Positions 12,484 to 22,872 of a DNA stretch of 64,000 bases are shown here, piece by piece. The DNA lies in the NCBI GenBank assembly GCA_043819555.1, contig JBDREQ010000003.1, positions 64,001 to 128,000 on the forward strand, read 5' to 3'. Both the position numbers and the translations under genes were made by a program. Numbering within the stretch: position 1 is the stretch's first letter; each line of letters opens with the position of its first letter. The DNA comes from Candidatus Zixiibacteriota bacterium (GTDB taxonomy: Bacteria > Zixibacteria > MSB-5A5 > GN15 > JAAZOE01). The notes below the pieces were generated by a model. It did not search any database and was not told the DNA's origin. It saw only the letters and a list, made by a program, of their open reading frames with translations.

Positions 12484-12554
12484 CTTTTTGGTTGAAAAGG
12501 AACCAACATGGCCGATAATATTCTAAAACAGATAACTTCTATTCAGAGGCGATA

Positions 12555-13073
12555 ATGCGATATAAAAGAGTAAGTATTTTTCTGGCGGTGATAATAATCG
12601 CAATTTCGTTTTTTTCGGGATGCAAAGAGGAAGTACCGCTCAATTCGACTGAAGCAATTTTATTCCAAAAATGCGAAGAACTTTTTACGCGCATAAAAGT
12701 TGGCGACTTCGATGCGGCTTATGAAAACGAATTTCCTTATCTGCGCGAAGAAGCCAGTCTTGAAGAATACTTGAAGCATCCAAGATACAAAAATTACAGT
12801 ATAGATACGCTGGTTGCTCTCCAATTGGATTCTATCCGGGATATGACCGATAGCGCCTTTCTTTATATCCAACTGGAATGGTTGTTAGCCGACAGCAGTT
12901 TGTTTATACAACCGATAGGTTTGCGTTATTATTATTCGGGTGATGAATGGATTAAACCATCGCTGTCCAGAATTGATGACCAGAGGCAATTTGAAGAAGA
13001 GTTGCGAGTTTACTGGGATGCGGTAGGGGAGATTCAGGAAAAGGAAGCGCTGGAGAATAAGGATAGTCTGTGA
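12555..13073 (+). CDS. Hypothetical lipoprotein
   Basis: Basic N-terminus, hydrophobic stretch and FSGC lipobox; overlaps the start of mce. Confidence 0.7.
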   Translation: MRYKRVSIFLAVIIIAISFFSGCKEEVPLNSTEAILFQKCEELFTRIKVGDFDAAYENEFPYLREEASLEEYLKHPRYKNYSIDTLVALQLDSIRDMTDSAFLYIQLEWLLADSSLFIQPIGLRYYYSGDEWIKPSLSRIDDQRQFEEELRVYWDAVGEIQEKEALENKDSL

Positions 13074-13474
13074 GTCGAAAGATTGACCATATCGGCATCG
13101 CCATAGAAAATCTGGACCAGGCAATTGAAACATATTCTCTATTACTAAATCAAGAACCGAACGAAATCGAAACGATTGAAGATCAAAAAGTAAGAGTTGC
13201 GATTTTTAAGACCGGTAATAGTAAAATCGAATTGCTTGAAGGACTTAGGACCGACAGCCCGATATCGAAATTTATCGCCAAACGGGGTCCCGGAATTCAT
13301 CATCTTTGTCTTATCGTGGAAAATCTTGAATTGGAATTGAAACGACTTAAAGCATCAGGAAGGCAGTTAATCGATGAAACGCCTCGGATCGGAACCGGAG
13401 GAAGCAAGGTCGCGTTTATTCACCCCCGTTCATCTTCAGGAATACTAATAGAGCTTAAGCAATTGGCGCAATAG
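13070..13474 (+). CDS. mce: Methylmalonyl-CoA epimerase
   Basis: IDHIGIA, KIELLE, GIHHLC, FIHPRS and LIEL (VOC fold). Confidence 0.92.
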   Translation: MSRKIDHIGIAIENLDQAIETYSLLLNQEPNEIETIEDQKVRVAIFKTGNSKIELLEGLRTDSPISKFIAKRGPGIHHLCLIVENLELELKRLKASGRQLIDETPRIGTGGSKVAFIHPRSSSGILIELKQLAQ

Positions 13475-13907
13475 AATATCCGAATTCATCGCGCAGTAAA
13501 TCATCTATTTTCCCCTTAATTAAATCACGGACAGTATCATAGGCTTGCTCGCGGGTTAAATCCTTTCCGCACATAGCATCCGGATTGGGGATTGACCAGT
13601 GAATATGAGTTGCCGAATCGGGGAAATATGCGCTATAACGCTTTATAGAATCGGCCAAAGTTATGATGTAATTGGCCCGGTTGAGGATATTTTCATCCAG
13701 ACCCCGGCTGTCATGGTGAGAGATGTCGATTCCGACTGATCTCATAGTTTCGACAGCAAGAGGATGGACCCCGGAGGGTGAGATTCCGGCCGAAGTAAAA
13801 TAGATTTTTCCATTACACAGATGTTTGCCCCAGCCTTCGGCCATTTGCGAGCGGACGGAATTTCCAGCGCAAACAAACAGGACATTTACAGTTTTTTTAT
13901 CATCCAC
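13455..13907 (-). CDS. ArsC / low-molecular-weight phosphatase family protein, degenerate
   Basis: P-loop CAGNSVRSQMAE, SAG and GIDIS. The resolving cysteines are absent. Confidence 0.85.
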   Translation of the reverse strand: MDDKKTVNVLFVCAGNSVRSQMAEGWGKHLCNGKIYFTSAGISPSGVHPLAVETMRSVGIDISHHDSRGLDENILNRANYIITLADSIKRYSAYFPDSATHIHWSIPNPDAMCGKDLTREQAYDTVRDLIKGKIDDLLRDEFGYSIAPIA

Positions 13908-13973
13908 AGGTGCAAATATAGAAAAAAATCGATAATTTGGAGATAAAAAAATCAATCTCGATGCGGTTTGTTT

Positions 13974-14002
13974 TTGACTTGTCGCGTTTATCGATTTATA
14001 AT
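13974..14002 (+). promoter_or_regulatory. Sigma70-type promoter of dCMP deaminase gene
   Basis: TTGACT-N17-TATAAT. Confidence 0.75.
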
Positions 14003-14048
14003 AAGGGCGTTAACCATAGCATAAATTATTTTTTGCGGGGAAAACCGG

Positions 14049-14570
14049 ATGGAGCGCACCATGACTCAAAAAATATCCAAGCGCGAAGATTATATCGGCT
14101 GGGATGAATATTTTATGGCTCTGGCGATATTATCGGCCAGGCGCAGCAAAGATCCTAATACACAAGTGGGGGCTTGCATTGTAAATGAAGAAAACCGCAT
14201 CGTCGGGATTGGCTACAATGGTTTTCCCGCCGGATGCAGCGACGAAGAATTACCCTGGGGGCGCGAGGGAGAATGGCTCGATTCCAAGTATCCTTATGTC
14301 TGTCACGCCGAAGTTAACGCCATTCTCAATAGTCATTTCGGACGTATGAACAATTGCCGCATGTATGTCAGCTTGTTTCCCTGTAACGAATGCGCCAAGA
14401 TGATTATTCAGGCCGGCATCAAGCAGGTAGTTTTTCTAAATGATAAATATCCCGATGATGAAAAATTCCTGGCCTCTCGAAAAATGTTCAAATTGGCCGG
14501 GGTTCTTCTAAGACAAATGCCGATTCCAGAAAAAAATATAACTCTGGATTTTAGGCAGTATTTTAATTGA
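14049..14570 (+). CDS. dCMP deaminase
   Basis: [21 protein letters not shown] and PCNEC zinc motifs. Confidence 0.93.
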   Translation: MERTMTQKISKREDYIGWDEYFMALAILSARRSKDPNTQVGACIVNEENRIVGIGYNGFPAGCSDEELPWGREGEWLDSKYPYVCHAEVNAILNSHFGRMNNCRMYVSLFPCNECAKMIIQAGIKQVVFLNDKYPDDEKFLASRKMFKLAGVLLRQMPIPEKNITLDFRQYFN

Positions 14571-14587
14571 TAGAAGAAAAATATCCC

Positions 14588-14620
14588 AAAAAAAACCCCC
14601 ATGGTTCCACGGGGGTTTTT
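14588..14620. terminator. Bidirectional intrinsic terminator between convergent genes
   Basis: AAAAACCCCC-atggttccac-GGGGGTTTTT. Confidence 0.8.
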
Positions 14621-14636
14621 AAAATCCAGTAAAATT

Positions 14637-15578
14637 TTATCTAAATCGTTTAGGGCTGCGCGCTTCCCACTCGACAACAATCGGACTGGCGACGAAGACC
14701 GAACTGTATGTCCCGACCGCGATTCCGATGGCAAGAGCCAGGGAAAAAGTGAAGAGCACCTGACCGCCGACGAATAAAATCGTCAAAACCGCCATAAGCG
14801 TTGTCAGCGACGTAATAAGGGTTCGAGAAATTACTTCATTGATGCTCGAATTTATCGTCGCCACGAAATCGCCTTTTTTGCGGAATAACTTCAGGTTTTC
14901 TCGAATCCGGTCAAATACCACGACCGAATCGGTCAAAGAATATCCCCCGAGTGTCAATAACGCTGTTATAACCAGAGAATCAATCTCAATATTTAAAAGC
15001 CAGAAAATTCCCAGGACCGCCAGGACATCATGAAAAGTCGCTACCGTCGCGGCGACTCCGAAACGAAGATCGAAACGGATCCAAATATAGACCAGGATAA
15101 TAACGACAGCGAGAAGGACAGCATTGCGCGCGTCGGTCTTCAATTCCTCCCCGACCAGTGCGCCGATTGTTTGCTCCGAATCCTTATGGAAGTGATTTTC
15201 TGCAAATCTCGAATCGGAAGCGATAATATTCATGATTTTATCGACTGTCGATTCCGCATTGGGTAAATTTGATTCAGCCAAAGTCTTAACCCGAATCAAA
15301 TACGAGTTCTCAACACCTTCTATATTCAGGGCTTGAATGGTCGCCTCCGGGAACCCGTTGCCGGTTAACGCGTCGCGCAATTCCTCAATCGCAGCGGATT
15401 TGTCGAAATTACCCTGAATCATCGTGCCGCCGGTAAAATCAATCCCCATTTTGGCGGTTCCCATTAGAATATTCGCAAAGGCTGTCAGTCCCAGCAGGAT
15501 CAATATTGCTGAAAGGACGAAGGAGATTTTCCTTTTGCCGACAAAATCAATATTTGTTTTTCCAATTATCTTAAACAT
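14637..15578 (-). CDS. secF: Protein translocase subunit SecF
   Basis: GIDFTGG, HDVL, GYSLTDSVVVFDRIRE and GTYSS. Confidence 0.96.
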   Translation of the reverse strand: MFKIIGKTNIDFVGKRKISFVLSAILILLGLTAFANILMGTAKMGIDFTGGTMIQGNFDKSAAIEELRDALTGNGFPEATIQALNIEGVENSYLIRVKTLAESNLPNAESTVDKIMNIIASDSRFAENHFHKDSEQTIGALVGEELKTDARNAVLLAVVIILVYIWIRFDLRFGVAATVATFHDVLAVLGIFWLLNIEIDSLVITALLTLGGYSLTDSVVVFDRIRENLKLFRKKGDFVATINSSINEVISRTLITSLTTLMAVLTILFVGGQVLFTFSLALAIGIAVGTYSSVFVASPIVVEWEARSPKRFR

Positions 15579-15599
15579 ATTTTCAAATCTCCCAATCGT

Positions 15600-17300
15600 C
15601 TATATTGAAAGCGTTTTGTATTTTTTGCGCGAGACAAAAATTGATCTCGTGATTACCAACGCCGTGTATAGCGAAATTAAAACACCTAAAAAGAGCGATA
15701 CCGCAAATCCTTTAATCGATCCACTGCCGAACATGAATAAGATTCCCGCCGCCGCCAGAGTTGTAACGTGGCTGTCGATAATTGTGATTACAGCGCGATC
15801 ATATCCGGCGTCAATTGCCGCCCGGACCGTCTTGCCGGTTCGAAGTTCTTCTCGGATACGTTCGAATATTAAGACATTGGCATCAACTGAGATACCGATT
15901 GTTAAAATAATTCCCGCAATACCGGGCATCGTTAGAGTAGCGCTTAGGCCGGCAATAGCAGCAAGCAGGAAAAACAGGTTCGCAATAAGCGCCATATCAG
16001 CAATGAGGCCCGACAAGCGATAATAAACAGCGACAAACAACAGTACCAGGCAGAGAGCAATGATAACTGAGCGAATTCCACGCCTGATTGAATCTTCACC
16101 CAGCGACGGCCCGACAATACTGCTTTCGATTATCTCAACATCGGTCGGCAGGGCGCCGGCCTTTAAGACAATTGCCATATCATGCGCTTCCTGATAAGTT
16201 GATCCGGTACCCATCGTAATTGTTCCCTGGTCGCGAATACGGTCATTGATGCGCGGGGCAGATTCGACCTTATCATCCAGAACAATTGCCAGCGGTTTGC
16301 CAACATTGGGTCCGGTAACGCGTGAAAATCTTCGGCCGCCCTCGCGAGTTAAACGAAATTCAACTCTGGGCTTTCCATATTGGTCGTAAGATGGGTTAGC
16401 ATCAGTAAGGTATTCTCCCGACATTTGAACACGGCTGTTTAAGAGATATAACCTGAGTACTCTGCGGCCGCCGACGATTTCCGATTTGGTTCCCCAGGCA
16501 AACTGAACGTCGCTGGGGATAAGCTGTTTAACCGCCGGTTTATCGAGTTTACTTTTCATGGTCGCGACGATCTCTTCCTCGACAAACCACTCCGGCCCTA
16601 GGGCCTGCGGGGCCGCTTCCAGATATATTGAAAACGGCATGTCGAGTTCTTCTTCGGTCAAAGCTTCGAAATCGTCAATTGAATCGCCCGGTTGTTCACC
16701 CATCAAATCAGCCATAACATCAACTTCTGTGGTATCGGAGTCAGGTTTTTTTTCGGCAGTTTCTGGAGCCGGTTCCGTTTGATCGCTTGAAGATTCTTCG
16801 GGTGATTCTTCCATTTCAGATAATGCCTTGTCAATTTTAGACAAAAGTAATTGAGCGTTTTCCGCTGATTCCAGGAGCTTAAACTCCAATCGAGCCATGT
16901 CGCCAATCATTTTGCGGGCGCGTTCCGGATCGGTAAAGCCCGGTAAATCGACAATTATGCGATCGTTGCCTGATTTTTGAATAACCGGTTCAGCCACACC
17001 CAGTCCATCGACACGGTTTCTTATAATCGCAATGGCACGATCAACGGCTTCTTTGCGAGCAACATCGCTTAGCTTTTCGAGCTGAACTCGCAGAACCATA
17101 TGAATTCCGCCCTGCAGGTCAAGACCCAGCCGAATCGCTTCCTGTTTCATTTTAAGTAATTTAGAGGGATCTGTTTCCTTGAGTTGTTGCTTTTCTGTCT
17201 CCGGAGTTGTCCAGTACCGTACGGTCGGCCAGGAATAATAGACGGCGGTAAATAACAATAAAGCCGTAATAACAACTCGCCACATCTGTGTTCTGTTCAT
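15600..17300 (-). CDS. secD: Protein translocase subunit SecD
   Basis: LGLDLQGG, RVDGLGVAEP, VGPSLG and VDANVLIFERIREE. Confidence 0.97.
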   Translation of the reverse strand: MNRTQMWRVVITALLLFTAVYYSWPTVRYWTTPETEKQQLKETDPSKLLKMKQEAIRLGLDLQGGIHMVLRVQLEKLSDVARKEAVDRAIAIIRNRVDGLGVAEPVIQKSGNDRIIVDLPGFTDPERARKMIGDMARLEFKLLESAENAQLLLSKIDKALSEMEESPEESSSDQTEPAPETAEKKPDSDTTEVDVMADLMGEQPGDSIDDFEALTEEELDMPFSIYLEAAPQALGPEWFVEEEIVATMKSKLDKPAVKQLIPSDVQFAWGTKSEIVGGRRVLRLYLLNSRVQMSGEYLTDANPSYDQYGKPRVEFRLTREGGRRFSRVTGPNVGKPLAIVLDDKVESAPRINDRIRDQGTITMGTGSTYQEAHDMAIVLKAGALPTDVEIIESSIVGPSLGEDSIRRGIRSVIIALCLVLLFVAVYYRLSGLIADMALIANLFFLLAAIAGLSATLTMPGIAGIILTIGISVDANVLIFERIREELRTGKTVRAAIDAGYDRAVITIIDSHVTTLAAAGILFMFGSGSIKGFAVSLFLGVLISLYTALVITRSIFVSRKKYKTLSI

Positions 17301-17554
17301 CTTTCGCCAACTTCCTTTACAAATTTAATTTGAGAAACGGCAATATAGTCTGGCAATATAGCAAAATAGCATAATATGTCAATTGTTTTAAACGTCGGCA
17401 AATGATGATGGTACTGAAGGCGATTATGTCGTAAGTTGCTTATTTTAGATAAGTTATAAAATTGAAAGGCCGATGATAATGAGTTATTGCCAAAGCAATA
17501 TGTAGAAATAATGAGCAGTCACCTGAAATGATTTGTGTTCCCAAAAAAGTAACG

Positions 17555-17588
17555 TTGACTTTTGACTTGAACGTAAATAGTTTACGTT
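17555..17588 (+). promoter_or_regulatory. Putative promoter with overlapping 8-bp inverted repeat
   Basis: TTGACT(17555)-N17-TAGTTT, with AACGTAAA-tag-TTTACGTT at 17570-17588. Confidence 0.45.
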
Positions 17589-17637
17589 TTTTCGCGTTTC
17601 CTCTATCGTAAAGATTGTATTTGGGAGTAGACAGATT

Positions 17638-20244
17638 ATGCAAAAAAATCATTACAAATATCTAAATGCATTAGCACTTGGCATTATTGTATTCTTAGTA
17701 TTAGGCGCCGCCGTTCAAGCCAATACGAGCCGCTTGACTTTGGAAAATGGAATGGAAGTAATCTTTAAGGAAAATCATTCAAGTCCAATGATTTCTTCGT
17801 TGGTATTTATCCGGGCCGGGGCCAAGTACGAAGACGAATTTAATAATGGCGTGACGCATCTTCTGGAGCATCTCCTGTTTGACGGAACTAAAAACAGGTC
17901 GCGCGAAGAAATTTCGAAAGGGGTAGAAAATTATGGCGGCTATATCAACGCCTTTACTCGAAAAGATCTGACCGCCTTTATGGTTTTAATGCCCAAAGAA
18001 TATATTGAAATGGGGCTTGAAATTCAGGCCGATCAATTATTCAATTCAATTTTTCCCGATGAGGAATTACCTAAAGAACGAAAAGTAGTTATCGAGGAAA
18101 TTCAGCAGGGTAATGATCGCGAATCGGAAGAGGCTTACCAGTTTTTCAATGCCAAATCAATGGCGGGAACAGCATACGAAAGAACCGTCCTGGGATATAA
18201 AAATATAATCGCATCACTTCCCAAAGAAAAGATCATTGAATACTGGAAACAATTTTATGCTCCCAACAATATGATCGCTCTGGTCATCGGAGATTTCGAG
18301 ACCGATAAAATGATCGAACAGTTTCGTTCGGTTTTTGGAGTCATTCCTCCGGTTGATTTGCCCAATCCCCCTGAAGTGAGCTATTTCCCGCCCACCGAGA
18401 AAAGAGTTTTTGCCAAAGCCGGGCCCACGAAACAAACATATATCAATATTGGAATTGACGCGCCCCATTTTACTGATCCCGATTATTACGCATTTGATTT
18501 GCTCGCGGAATATTTGAGTGATGACGCCAATTCACCGCTTGCGCAACAGCTTGTAGACGCCGAAGGCAGTCCTTTATATAGCTCCTTCTCGGCCAGTATT
18601 GAGACGCAGGAAGAGTTTTCTCGATTGACGATTGACATTATTACCAACGATGAAGGCAAAAGCGATCAGATTATAGCGGCAGTGGAAGATGTTCTGGAAA
18701 ATCTTAATGAATATCTTCCTCCAACCGAAATCCTGGATGGTATTAAAGTTTCCAAAAAAGCTAATGAGATATTCATGCAGGAGAAGTTGCACTATTATGG
18801 CTTTATCATCGCGCCTTTGATGGTTACGACCGGTTATGATTTTCTTGAATCATATCTTGAGGCAATCGACAAAGTTAATCCTTCGATTATATCCCGTGCG
18901 GCTGATCGATGGCTGAGTGATTTGAAATATATCGCGACTGTGTATCATCCTGCGGAAGAATCAGAAGCGGAAGAAGCTGCCGCATCAAAAACGGTGTATC
19001 GCAAAGAAACTCTTGAAAACGGTTTGACTTTGATAGTAAAATCGAATCCAGATAGCCGGGTATTTGCTCTGAATGTTATCGGGAAAAACCGCTCGGCATC
19101 CGAACCTCCGGGCAAAGAAGGCATAACCGATTTTGTTAATCGCATGATAAAGAAGGGAACGACGTCATTGAATGCCGAAAACCTAGGTAGCCGCCTGGCT
19201 TCAATCGGCGCCAACGTGACTCTCAATGATAATCCCTGGATTCCTTATGATGATCGCTATACTACTCGCCAGTTTTCGTTTATGAAATTCGAGACTATTG
19301 ATGAATTTACTTTGGATGGCCTGATTTTATTTTCCGATATGATTCGAAATCCGTCGTTCGATACGACCGAGGTGGAAAAAGTCCGGGGGCAATTGATGGG
19401 CGTTATCGGACAGGAGTCAGGATCAACTCTCAATTCATGCCGAAATCTCTTTTATGCTACTCTATTTGAAAAAGAAGCATTCGCCAAAACGATAAACGGT
19501 TCATCGGGCACAATTGGTTCGATTACTCGTGAGGATTTAATCGCATATCATCGCCATTTTTATTCGGCGGGGAATATGATTATTACAATCGGGACTAATT
19601 TCGACGCCGATTCGATGATGATAACGGCAAAAGAAGTCTTTGGCGATATGCCGGCGGTTGATTTTGCCGCGATGCCGGTTAAGGCGGGCACATCAGTGGC
19701 GGGAGCCAAGACTGCACATATTGATATGGATAAGGAACAGGTTTATATATTTCTCGGTGGATTACTGCCGGGCGCCGGGCATGAGGATGCTCCGGCGATT
19801 CGTCTGGCCGCTACAATCCTTTCAGATCGACTGGGGGCTAACTTGCGCGAAAAGCAGGGCCTTGCCTATTCAGTCGGGGCGGGGGCGTCATTCGATAAGG
19901 AGTTTGGATGGTATACCTGTACGATTGGCACCGGTCCCGAAAATTTTAAAATTGCCCGCGATGGAATTCTTACCGAAATCAATAAACTGCGAGATGAAGG
20001 AGCAACATCAGAAGAAATTGAAGTAGCCAAAAACAGCTTATGGGGGTCGACCTTGACCCGGCAATTATCACGAATTAATCAGTTGTATTATATGGGCATT
20101 AATGAATATCTGGAACTGGGATATGATTATTACGACAAATATGTTTCTGAATTGCGGGCTGTGACCGCCGAACAGATTAAAGCCGCGGCTCAAAAATATT
20201 TCGATACTCAAAATTATGTCATGACAACAGTCGGGAAAATATAA
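17638..20244 (+). CDS. M16 family zinc peptidase (pitrilysin-like, fused halves), exported
   Basis: Signal peptide, HLLEH inverzincin motif, NAFT and LREKQGLAY. Confidence 0.93.
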   Translation: MQKNHYKYLNALALGIIVFLVLGAAVQANTSRLTLENGMEVIFKENHSSPMISSLVFIRAGAKYEDEFNNGVTHLLEHLLFDGTKNRSREEISKGVENYGGYINAFTRKDLTAFMVLMPKEYIEMGLEIQADQLFNSIFPDEELPKERKVVIEEIQQGNDRESEEAYQFFNAKSMAGTAYERTVLGYKNIIASLPKEKIIEYWKQFYAPNNMIALVIGDFETDKMIEQFRSVFGVIPPVDLPNPPEVSYFPPTEKRVFAKAGPTKQTYINIGIDAPHFTDPDYYAFDLLAEYLSDDANSPLAQQLVDAEGSPLYSSFSASIETQEEFSRLTIDIITNDEGKSDQIIAAVEDVLENLNEYLPPTEILDGIKVSKKANEIFMQEKLHYYGFIIAPLMVTTGYDFLESYLEAIDKVNPSIISRAADRWLSDLKYIATVYHPAEESEAEEAAASKTVYRKETLENGLTLIVKSNPDSRVFALNVIGKNRSASEPPGKEGITDFVNRMIKKGTTSLNAENLGSRLASIGANVTLNDNPWIPYDDRYTTRQFSFMKFETIDEFTLDGLILFSDMIRNPSFDTTEVEKVRGQLMGVIGQESGSTLNSCRNLFYATLFEKEAFAKTINGSSGTIGSITREDLIAYHRHFYSAGNMIITIGTNFDADSMMITAKEVFGDMPAVDFAAMPVKAGTSVAGAKTAHIDMDKEQVYIFLGGLLPGAGHEDAPAIRLAATILSDRLGANLREKQGLAYSVGAGASFDKEFGWYTCTIGTGPENFKIARDGILTEINKLRDEGATSEEIEVAKNSLWGSTLTRQLSRINQLYYMGINEYLELGYDYYDKYVSELRAVTAEQIKAAAQKYFDTQNYVMTTVGKI

Positions 20245-20319
20245 ATTGAAATTTCGATAAAATTAAATTTTCCCTCAAGGCAGCGGGATAGTTCTTTTTA
20301 AGGAGGTAAACTACGGGGA

Positions 20320-21210
20320 ATGAATATACCTTACTGGGGTGAGATTCTTGCCTTGATAACGGCAGTTATCTGGGCCAGCGCTGTTATTCTTTTCAAGAAA
20401 AGCGGTGAAACGGTTCATCCTATTGCGCTAAATTTATTCAAAAATTCTCTGGCGGCTGTATTGTTTGTCCCGACCCTGTGTATTGCCGGGCAGACTTTGT
20501 TTTATGACGCACCCGCCAATGATTACTGGTTACTTTTGCTGAGCGGAGCCTTAGGAATCGGTATTTCCGATACTTTCTTTTTTATCAGCCTCAATAAAAT
20601 TGGCGCCGGGCTTTCGGCGGTTGTCGATTGCCTTTACAGCACATTTATAATTGCATTGTCATTTATATTTATCGGCGAAAGTATGAGCTTTTGGCAGATT
20701 TTTGGAGCGATGTTGATTATATCGGCCGTATTAACTGCCGCCAGCCGCAAAGGAAGCGAACATCTTTCTCGCTCAGATCTTATCTGGGGGATTATCTGGG
20801 GCGCGCTGGCGATGCTCGTTACTGCCATCGGTTTGGTTATGATAAAACCGCTTCTTGATCGTTCGCCGCTTTTATGGGTAGTCGAAATCAGGCTCATCGG
20901 CGGGATACTGATTTTACTTTTATTCCTCGCTTTTTATAGAAAAAGAAAAATGGTTATCAAATCATTAACAACCGCAGGGGGGTGGAAATTCACGATATCA
21001 AGTTCCATTGTCGGGGCGTATCTGGCGATGATGTTTTGGCTGGGGGGGATGAAATATACACAGGCATCGACGGCGGCCGCTCTCAATCAAACAACGACAA
21101 TTTTCATATTTGTTTTTGCCTGGTGGTTTCTCAAAGAACCGGTTAATAAAATCCGTTTGATCGGAATCGGCCTGGCCGTCATCGGTTCGTTTTTTGTGAC
21201 GTTTGGGTGA
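20320..21210 (+). CDS. DMT/EamA family transporter
   Basis: About 10 hydrophobic helices in two repeats, ending FLKEP...IGIGLAVIG. Confidence 0.88.
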   Translation: MNIPYWGEILALITAVIWASAVILFKKSGETVHPIALNLFKNSLAAVLFVPTLCIAGQTLFYDAPANDYWLLLLSGALGIGISDTFFFISLNKIGAGLSAVVDCLYSTFIIALSFIFIGESMSFWQIFGAMLIISAVLTAASRKGSEHLSRSDLIWGIIWGALAMLVTAIGLVMIKPLLDRSPLLWVVEIRLIGGILILLLFLAFYRKRKMVIKSLTTAGGWKFTISSSIVGAYLAMMFWLGGMKYTQASTAAALNQTTTIFIFVFAWWFLKEPVNKIRLIGIGLAVIGSFFVTFG

Positions 21211-21247
21211 GGTGGAGTAATTAAAACAATTGCCCAATTAAATTTTG

Positions 21248-21827
21248 CTAAAAACTTACCGCAAAACGAATAACAAAAGCATCAAATCTATCATTAAATA
21301 TATCACTGGAGAACATCCCTGTACCATTATTATACCTGAATGTTATTCTCCTAAAATATTGAAATCGGTAACCTAGGTCTATAGAAGCATAGTATTTGCC
21401 GCCACGATTTGTTCTAAATCCGAATCCAGAAAATAACATACTGCCAGCATTCTTTTGGAAAAATGGCTCTACTCCTTCGGAAAAGGAATACCCATAATTC
21501 CCAAAGAAATATATTGTTTCTTTTAGACGACTAAAATAAATTCGCAAATCGCCAAATATCGGAAAAACCGTTTGCTCGGCTATTTTATCTACGCCCAACC
21601 CAACTGCCATCGAAAAATAATCATTTAAATAAAGTCCGTGAATCGTCCTGAAGCCGATCCCGAATTTCTCAAAATCACTATTAATTTCAACTCCAGATAA
21701 GTTGAGGTAAAGTGGTTTATATCTTTTTGGGTTCATCTTCAAATGGAGGGCGGGTATCAAAAGTATCTTGTGCAACCAGAGGAGACGTTAGAATTACACT
21801 TGTCAGAATAAAAACTATTACTCGCAA
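21248..21827 (-). pseudogene. Outer-membrane beta-barrel-like protein with apparent frameshift after the signal peptide
   Basis: The signal-peptide frame 21827-21717 stops after an A5 run. The body continues in the adjacent frame and ends FVIRFAVSF. Confidence 0.55.
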
Positions 21828-21992
21828 AATAATATCCTATTTTTGTATAAATATATCCATATTTCACTTTTTGTCAAATCAATTAGATATAAATTTTGAC
21901 CAAAGAATTCAAACTTAGCCTTCCTATTGGTCTTTTGTCCCAATAAGTTGTCTTTATCTGCATTGATACTTATTGACAAATTGAAAGGCGAT

Positions 21993-22838
21993 ATGATGAA
22001 GTTGGATTTGAGAATGGTAATATGTTTGGGATTAATGGCGATAATTACGCTCGGCGGGTGCAAGACTCAGGAAGTTGAAGGGATATGGGCGGAGAATACT
22101 GTTCAAATTGACGGTAATAATAATGACTGGCCGGATAAGGCGAGCATATTCTTCTCCGAACAAAACGCCGCGCTTTCGATCAGTAATGATAATGATTTTC
22201 TGTACATTCTATTCCGGACGACTGATGCACAGTGGGCGAAAATTATTAAAATGACGGGACTGAAATTATCGCTTAATAGTAAGGGTAACAAGGATATTTC
22301 AATTCTATACAAGGGCGGGCCTACCGAGGATGAACTTCGGGCGACATCCGGGCAGGCCGGTGTTCGCATGGGGCAAATACCAATGCAAATGAGAGACAGG
22401 ATGGGGACAAGCGGCCAAATGGAAAGTTTTACGCTTAATATTGAAGATGAGAATTTTGAGAAGATGATATCACCAAATGGAAATAATGGTCCGGCCGTGG
22501 CCTTTGATACATGCCAGGGATTTTATACTTATGAATTTCGTATTCCACTGGAGGTGGGTTCTGAAAATTATTTTGGCATCGGGGTAAAACCGGGTGATAA
22601 AATCGGAATCGGAGCTGAATGGGGCGATATGGGCGATATGAAGCGAACTCTGCCGAGCGAAGCTGGTGTCGGCCGAGGCGGTTCCGGCGGAGGCAGGGGA
22701 GGCCGAGGAGGAGGTAAAAGCGGTGGACGCGGAGGTGGTGGAGGAAGTGATATGCGTTTAGAAATGCCCCAAAAACAGGAAGTCCGGATAAAGACTCAAT
22801 TAAGTCTGTCACCTGAAGATAAGATATTGGATAAATAG
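21993..22838 (+). CDS. Lipoprotein with Gly/Arg-rich low-complexity segment
   Basis: LGGC lipobox, IDGNNNDW (CBM9-like start) and GRGGSGGGRGGRGG tract. Confidence 0.75.
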   Translation: MMKLDLRMVICLGLMAIITLGGCKTQEVEGIWAENTVQIDGNNNDWPDKASIFFSEQNAALSISNDNDFLYILFRTTDAQWAKIIKMTGLKLSLNSKGNKDISILYKGGPTEDELRATSGQAGVRMGQIPMQMRDRMGTSGQMESFTLNIEDENFEKMISPNGNNGPAVAFDTCQGFYTYEFRIPLEVGSENYFGIGVKPGDKIGIGAEWGDMGDMKRTLPSEAGVGRGGSGGGRGGRGGGKSGGRGGGGGSDMRLEMPQKQEVRIKTQLSLSPEDKILDK

Positions 22839-22872
22839 AAGAACCGGAGTATTGGGAACTCCAGTAAATATA

